Shown here: positions 57,862 to 64,000 of the stretch, piece after piece
Layout: every line of letters begins with the position of its first letter
How positions within the stretch are numbered: position 1 is the first letter of the stretch
DNA from: an uncultured Acetatifactor sp.
GTDB lineage: Bacteria; Bacillota; Clostridia; Lachnospirales; Lachnospiraceae
Assembly (NCBI GenBank): GCA_910585805.1
Contig: CAJUFB010000015.1
Location: forward strand, 1,793-65,792
DNA length: 64,000 nucleotides
Direction of reading: 5' to 3'
Notes under the pieces: generated by a model
What the model was told of the DNA's origin: nothing
Database searches by the model: none
Seen by the model: only the letters and a program-made list of their open reading frames with translations
Made by a program: the position numbers and the translations under genes

Positions 57862-58605
57862 ATGTTTTCCAAATTTATTTCCGTAGGGGATAAAATTGAA
57901 TTACAGGCTGTAGCGCGTGAGAACGATGAACAGCCGGGAATACCGGGAAAGGTCTACAACAGTACGGTATATGATATCCAGTCCGAGGATACCATAGAGA
58001 TTACAATGCCAATGGAGAAGACCAAGCTGATCCTGCTTCCTGTGGACGGTGAGTTCGATATGGTGTTTTATGGAGCAAGCGGACTGTTTCAGTGCCTTGC
58101 CAGGATCATTGACCGGTACAAGAGCAATAATACCTATCTCCTGTTGATGGAGATGACAAGCAATCTGCGCAAGTATCAGAGAAGGGAGTTTTATCGTCTG
58201 GGGTGCGCCCTGGAGATGTCTACCCGCAATCTGCAGAAGGATGAAGTCCTGACCATAGAGAACAAGCTGCCTTATACACTGGCAAAGGGGCTACCGCTGA
58301 AGCAGAGCGTTATAGTGGACATCAGCGGCGGGGGACTGCGTTTTCTGTCTACGCATCGTTATGAGCCGGACAGCCTGCTCTACTGTTGTTTTCATCTGAT
58401 GAATAATGGGGAGCATAAGAAATATGAAGTGATCAGCAGGGTGATCAGCTCCATTGAGCTGTCAAACAGGAAGGGGACTTACGAACAGCGTGTGCAGTTT
58501 TATGATCTGGATCCGACAGTCAGGGAGGAGATCATCAAATATATCTTCGAGGAAGAAAGGCGCAACAGGCTGAAAAAGAAATATGCTTCCGATGAGCGTG
58601 GATAA
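57862..58605 (+). CDS. PilZ-domain flagellar brake protein (YcgR/MotI-like)
   Basis: The c-di-GMP binding motifs RxxxR (REFYR) and D-x-S-x-x-G (DISGGG) are present. I prefer ATG 57862, which lies 8 nt after AAGGTGG. Confidence 0.75.
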   Translation: MFSKFISVGDKIELQAVARENDEQPGIPGKVYNSTVYDIQSEDTIEITMPMEKTKLILLPVDGEFDMVFYGASGLFQCLARIIDRYKSNNTYLLLMEMTSNLRKYQRREFYRLGCALEMSTRNLQKDEVLTIENKLPYTLAKGLPLKQSVIVDISGGGLRFLSTHRYEPDSLLYCCFHLMNNGEHKKYEVISRVISSIELSNRKGTYEQRVQFYDLDPTVREEIIKYIFEEERRNRLKKKYASDERG

Positions 58606-58631
58606 GCAGAGTAATGTAAGGAGAGCAACAT

Positions 58632-59261
58632 ATGAGCGATGTGATGTTACAGCAGGTTACGGATAATTATTATGATGTGCTGAAGGAAATCGGCAACATC
58701 GGTGCGGGGAATGCTATGACGGCACTGTCCCAGATGCTGCAATGTAAGGTAGATATGAAGGTTCCGCAGGTCAGGCTTCTGGAATTCTCTGAGGTTGGAG
58801 ATCTGATGGGCGGCGAAGAGCAGATCATGGCAGGTGTGTACTTGGGCGTGGAGGGCGATATCACGGGCAGTATGATGTTTATGGTGGAAGAGCACAGCGC
58901 CAGACATTTGATCCAGAAGATTACCATGGGTATGCTGCCGGAGGGCGGTGAATTTGAAGAGATGGGACTGTCCGCAATGCAGGAAGTGGGCAATATCATT
59001 ACGGGAGCCTATCTGAATTCGCTGTCAAAGATGACAAACCTGACAGTCATTCCATCACCACCGGCGATCACTGTTGATATGGCAGGGGCTATTTTAAGCG
59101 TGCCGGCGATTCAGTTTGGGATTTTCGGCGATAAGATCCTGTTGATACAGTCGCAGTTTTACGATGAGGTAAAGCTGGACGGATACTTTATATTGATTCC
59201 GGATCTGGAGTCTTATGAGAAAATATTGACCGCGCTGGGGGTACCTGTGGATTTTAAATAG
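58632..59261 (+). CDS. cheC: chemotaxis phosphatase CheC
   Basis: Two CheC repeats, LKEIGNIGAGNAMTALS and MQEVGNIITGAYLNSL. Confidence 0.85.
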   Translation: MSDVMLQQVTDNYYDVLKEIGNIGAGNAMTALSQMLQCKVDMKVPQVRLLEFSEVGDLMGGEEQIMAGVYLGVEGDITGSMMFMVEEHSARHLIQKITMGMLPEGGEFEEMGLSAMQEVGNIITGAYLNSLSKMTNLTVIPSPPAITVDMAGAILSVPAIQFGIFGDKILLIQSQFYDEVKLDGYFILIPDLESYEKILTALGVPVDFK

Positions 59262-59324
59262 GGTACACAGCCAGGCGGAATCGCAAATTGTGATAGAACG
59301 GATAAAAGGATATGGAAATGGATC

Positions 59325-59822
59325 ATGAGTGAAATAATCAAGGTAGGAATAGCAGACTTGAAGACCTGCGTTAGCCCCAATGGCGTGATGACTCTGGGGC
59401 TGGGTTCCTGTGTCGGTATTGCAATCAGGGATCCGATGAATAAGATTGGCGGTCTGGTGCACATCATGTTGCCAGACAGTAAAGCAATAACGACGGGGCA
59501 GCACAATATTGCCAAATTTGCGGATACAGGTATTGAAGAGCTGGTGAGGCAGATGGAAAGACAGGGAGCAAGGCGTGTCCGGATGGTGGCTAAAATAGCC
59601 GGAGGCGCTACCATGTTCAATTTCCAGGGAAGCGGTAGCGGCGCTTCGGTAGCGCAGGTGGGAAACCGGAATGTGGAAGCTACCAAAGCAAAGCTGAACG
59701 CGCTGCGGATTCCCATTCTGGCGCAGGATACAGGGGCAAATTACGGCAGAACGGTTATTTTTTACCCGGAAACCGGTGCTTTCCACATTCGTGCCGTGGG
59801 AAAACCCGAGAAGATTATCTGA
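59325..59822 (+). CDS. cheD: chemoreceptor glutamine deamidase CheD
   Basis: The motif LGLGSCVGIAIRDP...GGLVHIMLP. Confidence 0.9.
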   Translation: MSEIIKVGIADLKTCVSPNGVMTLGLGSCVGIAIRDPMNKIGGLVHIMLPDSKAITTGQHNIAKFADTGIEELVRQMERQGARRVRMVAKIAGGATMFNFQGSGSGASVAQVGNRNVEATKAKLNALRIPILAQDTGANYGRTVIFYPETGAFHIRAVGKPEKII

Positions 59823-59835
59823 AGGGGATAAGTAT

Positions 59836-60105
59836 ATGAACAGGAAGAATTTACCGCTTCTTTTGATGCTGACAGCCGGTGCGGTGACATGTATCATTAC
59901 ATTTATAGAGAAATACACCATGACGGAGAAGCTGGTTTCCATGTTTGTGGTGTTATTGCTCTTTTATGTGCTTGGAAGCATATTAAAGTGGACATTGGAT
60001 TACTTTGAGCGGCAGAACGAGGAGCGGCTCAGGGAAGAGGGGGAAGTGATCGAAAAGGAGTCGGAAAATTCTGAAGATGTGGGTCAGGATGCCCTGCAGG
60101 ATTAA
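59836..60105 (+). CDS. small membrane protein (two TM helices, acidic tail), function unknown
   Basis: I prefer ATG 59836 after GAAGGGGA. It encodes 89 aa. The stop codon TAA (60103-60105) lies inside repeat copy C. Confidence 0.5.
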   Translation: MNRKNLPLLLMLTAGAVTCIITFIEKYTMTEKLVSMFVVLLLFYVLGSILKWTLDYFERQNEERLREEGEVIEKESENSEDVGQDALQD

Positions 60106-60204
60106 ACTGCAGACCGCCAGGATTTACAGTGATGCCTCTGGGAAAATACCTGGCTGGCGGTCTGCAGTCGGGTTGTACTGCAAATTCAACCGGTGCGCAG
60201 TATA
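60103..60204 (+). repeat. MITE/REP-like palindromic element, copy C
   Basis: TAAACTGCAGACCGCCAGG...CCTGGCTGGCGGTCTGCAG...GGTGCGCAGTATA. It aligns with copies A and B. Confidence 0.85.
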
Positions 60205-60212
60205 AATTATCC

Positions 60213-60242
60213 TTGACAGATTGCACATCGGGCAGTTATGAT
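60213..60242 (+). promoter_or_regulatory. putative sigma-A promoter directly upstream of fliA
   Basis: TTGACA (60213-60218), an 18-nt spacer, then TATGAT (60237-60242). AAGGAGG and ATG 60269 follow. Confidence 0.5.
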
Positions 60243-60268
60243 AATATAAAAAGGAGGAGCCGGATTTC

Positions 60269-61042
60269 ATGGATGAAGCAGGCAGAAAGAAACTGTTGGA
60301 AATATATGCGAAAATGAAATCACCGGAAGTCAGAGAGCAGTTGATTCTGGAATATGCTCCTCTTGTAAAGGTGGTTGCGGGCAGGCTTAGTATGTATCTG
60401 GGCTATAATGTGGAATATGAAGATCTTGTCAGCTATGGTATCTTTGGCCTGATCGATGCCATAGATAAGTTTGACTATCTGAAGGATGTAAAATTTGAGA
60501 CCTATGCCAGCCTGCGCATCAGGGGAGCAATCCTGGATCAGATTCGCAGGATGGACTGGATTCCAAGAACCATCAGGCAGAAGCAGAAAAAAATCGAAGC
60601 GGTAATCAAGGAAGTTGAGCAGAGTACAGGGCATATGGCTACGGACGAGGAAGTTGCCAGAGGCCTGGGTATATCAAATGAAGAGTATCTGGAATGGCAG
60701 TCTCAGATGAAGATCACGGGACTGGTTTCGCTGAATGAGTATATGGAGCAGGGAAGCGATATCTCGCAGGATTACAGGAGACATACTACTTCTCATTTTG
60801 AGGCGCCGGAAGAGCGGATAGAGAAGGAAGAACTGGCGAAGGTGTTAGGGGAAGCACTGCAGCTTTTAACCGAAAAGGAACAGAAGGTAATAACGCTTTA
60901 TTACTATGAAGAACTTACGTTAAAGGAGATCAGCAATATTCTGGAGGTCTCCGAATCCAGAGTGTCGCAGCTGCATACCAGAGCTCTGAAAAAGATGAAG
61001 GTAAAGATGGGGAACTATATGGGTATTCTTTCTAATAATTAG
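60269..61042 (+). CDS. fliA: flagellar sigma factor, FliA/WhiG/SigD family (sigma-28)
   Basis: Region 2 (YAPLVKVVAGR..., FGLIDAIDKFD), region 3, and region 4 HTH (LTLKEISNILEVSESRVSQLHTRAL). Confidence 0.9.
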   Translation: MDEAGRKKLLEIYAKMKSPEVREQLILEYAPLVKVVAGRLSMYLGYNVEYEDLVSYGIFGLIDAIDKFDYLKDVKFETYASLRIRGAILDQIRRMDWIPRTIRQKQKKIEAVIKEVEQSTGHMATDEEVARGLGISNEEYLEWQSQMKITGLVSLNEYMEQGSDISQDYRRHTTSHFEAPEERIEKEELAKVLGEALQLLTEKEQKVITLYYYEELTLKEISNILEVSESRVSQLHTRALKKMKVKMGNYMGILSNN

Positions 61043-61058
61043 TATTGGGGGATAAGCT

Positions 61059-62648
61059 ATGAAGAATGGTTACTTTCGATTGGTGAATGATTTTAACGGA
61101 TATGGGATTGCCTTGTATCCGCCTGAGGAATTTGGGGAGGATATAAGGGCAGATGAAGTCTGGAAGTATCTGGATGATCTGAAGATCACATATGACAAAA
61201 AACGGATAGACGCGCAGATTCAGTTTGGTGAAAGCGGGATCTGCCATCTGGGAGACGGGGATTGTCCGGTCTGCCCGGAGACCTATATGCTGGATGTCAG
61301 CGAGGACGGCATGATGGCTACGGTTCGGTTCATTCCGGCATCGGACGGCGGAAAGAGGCTGACAAAGAGGGATTTCCTGGACGATATAAAGCGCAGGAAT
61401 ATTGTATACGGCATACAGGAGAACGCTCTGAAGGAGCATTTTGAGACAGAAGGGGTGTACTGCACGGACATTTTACTGGCCCGGGGCAGGAAGCCCGTTC
61501 CGGGGAAAGATGCCGTAATAGAGTATACATTTAACACAAACCAGCACAAGAGACCGGCGCACAGGGAAGACGGGCGTGTGGATTATTTTAACCTGACCAC
61601 AATTAACCAGTGCCGCAAGGGCCAGGTGTTGGCGCGCATTATTCCGGAGCAGCATGGGGAAGCCGGTTCGGATGTGTACGGAAAGGCAATAAAAGTAAAG
61701 GAAGTGAAGCGGGAGACTCTGAAGTTCGGCAAGAACATTGAGCTTTCAGCGGATAAGCTTTCCATTACTTCTCAGGTAGACGGGCATGTGTCTCTGGTGG
61801 ATAAGAAAGTGGTAGTCTCCAGTGTATACCAGGTGAAGGGAGTGAATGTGTCCACAGGCAATATCAGTTATGACGGAAGCATTGAGATAGCCGGAAATGT
61901 GGATGAGAATTTCGAGGTAAAAGCCGGAGGGAATGTAGTGGTAAACGGCCTGGTGGAAGGAGCTACCATCATTGCCGGCGGAAATATCATTATCGCCAAG
62001 GGTATGAACGGCATGGGCAAAGGATATCTGAGGGCCAAGGGGGATATTATCGTGAAGTTCCTGGAGAATTCCAGGATTGTGACAGGCGGTTTCGTGGAGA
62101 CGGAAGCCATTCTGCACTGTACGGTATCCTCGGGCAGTGATGTGAAGGTGGACGGAAGAAGAGGGATCATCCTGGGAGGCCGTGTGCAGGCTGCCAATTC
62201 GATCATAGCAAAGACAGTGGGGGCCAGCATGAGTACGGCCACCACTCTTGAGGTAGGAGTGGAGCCGTTGCTGATCTCCCAGCTTGAACATGTTACCGCT
62301 GCCATTGATGAGAGAAAAAAGACGCTGAATGCAGCGGAAGTGATTTATAATAATTTCAGGGAAAAACAGCGGAAGGGGATAGCCTTCAATGAAAGCCAGG
62401 CAAGATATATGAGAAGTGTGGTTTCGCTGATCGAAGAAAAGAAGACGGAGCTGGAGCGTCTTAATGCACGGATGCAGTCTCTGCAGGATATGATGGAGAG
62501 CTGTGAAGACGCAAGCGTAGTGATCAATGAACAGGTCTATCCCAATACGACGATTGTGATAGGTGGCGCTACCAGACTGCTTCAGGATAATTATCGTTAT
62601 TGTAAGTTTGTAAAAGAAGAGGGAGAAGTGCGGATGGTACCCATGTGA
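61059..62648 (+). CDS. FapA-family (DUF342) flagellar assembly-associated protein
   Basis: 529 aa. N-terminus MKNGYFRLVND, a central beta-helix-like repeat region (GNV.V.G.V..GA.I.AGGNIII), and a C-terminal coiled coil. This pattern is typical of DUF342. Confidence 0.7.
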   Translation: MKNGYFRLVNDFNGYGIALYPPEEFGEDIRADEVWKYLDDLKITYDKKRIDAQIQFGESGICHLGDGDCPVCPETYMLDVSEDGMMATVRFIPASDGGKRLTKRDFLDDIKRRNIVYGIQENALKEHFETEGVYCTDILLARGRKPVPGKDAVIEYTFNTNQHKRPAHREDGRVDYFNLTTINQCRKGQVLARIIPEQHGEAGSDVYGKAIKVKEVKRETLKFGKNIELSADKLSITSQVDGHVSLVDKKVVVSSVYQVKGVNVSTGNISYDGSIEIAGNVDENFEVKAGGNVVVNGLVEGATIIAGGNIIIAKGMNGMGKGYLRAKGDIIVKFLENSRIVTGGFVETEAILHCTVSSGSDVKVDGRRGIILGGRVQAANSIIAKTVGASMSTATTLEVGVEPLLISQLEHVTAAIDERKKTLNAAEVIYNNFREKQRKGIAFNESQARYMRSVVSLIEEKKTELERLNARMQSLQDMMESCEDASVVINEQVYPNTTIVIGGATRLLQDNYRYCKFVKEEGEVRMVPM

Positions 62649-62732
62649 CAGAACAGTAGATCCCGTTTTTTCATGGGATTGCTTTCAGCGGCAGGGCAGT
62701 GACGGGAAAGTTATGGGAAAGAGGGTGTATTT

Positions 62733-63041
62733 ATGGCATTTGGAGCAATTGAGCTGACAACAATTTCCAGGGCGCAGGATTATACTACGATCAAGCATAA
62801 TGAAGACAATAAGGTAGCAGTGGATCAGACAAATTTCAGTGACCAGGTTCAGAAAGCCGTGGAACAGAATATTCGGGAAGTGCACACCAGCGATAATGCC
62901 CAATGGAGGGAAAGCAGACCGGATGCGAAGGAAAAGGGCAAGGGAGAGTACCGCGGAGACGGCGGACGAAAAAGGAAAGGAAAGCAGGCTCAGGATAGAG
63001 TAGTGGTGAAAAACCACGGGGGTTTTGATATGAAGATTTAG
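62733..63041 (+). CDS. hypothetical protein (102 aa, basic Gly/Lys/Arg-rich C-terminal half)
   Basis: Good RBS (GAGGGTG 7 nt upstream) and coding-like composition. I recognise no family. Confidence 0.55.
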   Translation: MAFGAIELTTISRAQDYTTIKHNEDNKVAVDQTNFSDQVQKAVEQNIREVHTSDNAQWRESRPDAKEKGKGEYRGDGGRKRKGKQAQDRVVVKNHGGFDMKI

Positions 63042-63078
63042 GAGTCAGGGCATTTCACTGTAGGAGAATGGATGAAAA

Positions 63079-63777
63079 ATGGAAATGATGGAAATCATCC
63101 TGTTGATTGCAGGAGGGGTGATATTTGTACTAAGCTTTTTTATCCCTGACAGGAAAGGGGCATCTGAAGGACTGGGGCGTTCTGCGGAGGAGGAAGTCAG
63201 GGAGTTGGTCAGACGGGAGGTTGAGTCCCTGAGAGGTCATGTGGATGAAGTGGTGGAGGAGTCGATTTCCGATGCAATGGAGAAGGCGGAACGAACGCTG
63301 GAGCGGCTGTGCAATGAGAAGATCATGGCGGTCAACGAATACTCCGATACTGTGCTGAATGAAATCCATAAAAATCATGAAGAGACCGTGTTTCTGTATG
63401 ACATGCTCAATAACAAGCACACCAGTCTGAAGAATACGGTAGCTGAAGTGAACGGCAGTGTGAAAGAAGCGGAGGAGATGGTTCGTTCCCTGCAGCAGAC
63501 AGCGGAAGCAGCGGTTCAGGGAGGCGTAAAGTCTGAGGAGACGATTGCGTGGGAACAATTGGAACCTGTATTTCCCGAACCGGAGGAAAAAGAAAAGATG
63601 GTAGCCGCCGACCAGGTTTCTGAGGAATGGCCCGGGGAGCATGGGCAGGATAATAATAACGAAAAGATATTAAGACTTTATAAAAAAGGAAAATCTGCAG
63701 TGATGATAGCAAAGGAGCTTGAGATGGGGATTGGTGAGGTAAGGCTGGTAATTGATCTGTTTCGAAATCAATCCTGA
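63079..63777 (+). CDS. hypothetical membrane-anchored coiled-coil protein with a C-terminal HTH-like motif
   Basis: N-terminal TM helix (IILLIAGGVIFVLSFFI), an acidic coiled coil, and the C-terminal segment ILRLYKKGKSAVMIAKELEMGIGEVRLVIDLF. Confidence 0.55.
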   Translation: MEMMEIILLIAGGVIFVLSFFIPDRKGASEGLGRSAEEEVRELVRREVESLRGHVDEVVEESISDAMEKAERTLERLCNEKIMAVNEYSDTVLNEIHKNHEETVFLYDMLNNKHTSLKNTVAEVNGSVKEAEEMVRSLQQTAEAAVQGGVKSEETIAWEQLEPVFPEPEEKEKMVAADQVSEEWPGEHGQDNNNEKILRLYKKGKSAVMIAKELEMGIGEVRLVIDLFRNQS

Positions 63778-63814
63778 GGAAATATCCTAATCATTATAAG
63801 AATCGAGGAAATAA

Positions 63815-64000
63815 GTGAAACTGAAATATCAAATGCGGGGATTGGGAATCGGCATCATGGTTACGGCCCTGTTGATGGGAGTGGCGATGGAGAAGGGCAT
63901 TCCTTTAAGTGATGCGGAGATCAAGGCGAAGGCTCTGGAGTTGGGAATGGTGGAGAGAGAGAATCTGAAACTGACAGACCTTCAGGAGGAATCCCCGTTG
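63815..64000 (+). CDS. hypothetical membrane protein, 5' partial (runs off the window)
   Basis: GTG 63815 lies 7 nt after GAGGA. The ORF stays open to the window end and encodes one TM helix (GLGIGIMVTALLMGVAM). It is not in the ORF track because it is truncated. Confidence 0.4.
   Translation, partial: MKLKYQMRGLGIGIMVTALLMGVAMEKGIPLSDAEIKAKALELGMVERENLKLTDLQEESPL

Noticed and set aside
1-64000. A window-wide search for prophage, integrase or transposase genes, toxin-antitoxin pairs, restriction-modification, CRISPR-Cas or other defence modules.
   Set aside because: - Every ORF of 60 aa or more on the sense strand is accounted for by housekeeping, transport, glycosidase or flagellar functions, or by the few hypothetical genes listed.
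- There is no abrupt compositional island.
- Apart from the roughly 100-bp repeat family, I cannot support any mobile or defence system from this sequence.

Overview
The window looks like a chromosomal segment from a Firmicute, probably a Clostridia or Lachnospiraceae-like organism. That assignment is an inference from PolC, CodY, a Bacillus-type fla/che gene order and roughly 50-55 percent GC. Almost every gene is on the + strand.

Layout:
- 1-8.7 kb: a GH78 alpha-L-rhamnosidase and a second glycosidase-like gene (both with in-frame tandem minisatellites), tcdA, a LytTR regulator paired with a LiaF-like membrane protein, and a small amidase.
- 8.7-12.5 kb: pstSCAB.
- 12.5-17.5 kb: a CNNM/CorC-type gene (the only minus-strand gene), a TIGR04086-like membrane protein, a hemerythrin-receiver fusion, and an orphan PilT-like ATPase.
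- 18-31 kb: comM, dprA, ispG, polC, tRNA-Glu(CUC), topA, codY.
- 31.7-62.6 kb: one long flagellar/chemotaxis operon (flgB flgC fliE fliF fliG fliH fliI fliJ ylxF-like fliK flgD flgE flbD motA motB fliL fliM fliY cheY fliO fliP fliQ fliR flhB flhA flhF flhG PilZ cheC cheD fliA FapA), followed by three uncharacterised small genes.

I found no rRNA, CRISPR array, prophage, transposase or recognisable defence island.

The items most worth a second look:
1. A family of about 100-bp palindromic intergenic elements bounded by terminal inverted repeats, with three full copies. One copy sits inside the flagellar operon, supplies a stop codon, and lies just upstream of a fliA promoter.
2. A hemerythrin-receiver fusion next to a PilT-like ATPase whose Walker A lysine is replaced by arginine.
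3. Three separate in-frame minisatellites (36, 42 and 30 bp) in two adjacent glycosidase genes.
4. A 610-nt flgB upstream region carrying two copies of a roughly 50-nt hairpin motif.
5. A structured leader upstream of ispG with mutually exclusive pairings.
6. Uncharacterised genes at the distal end of the flagellar locus.

All functional calls rest on motif recognition by eye and on gene order. No database search was possible.
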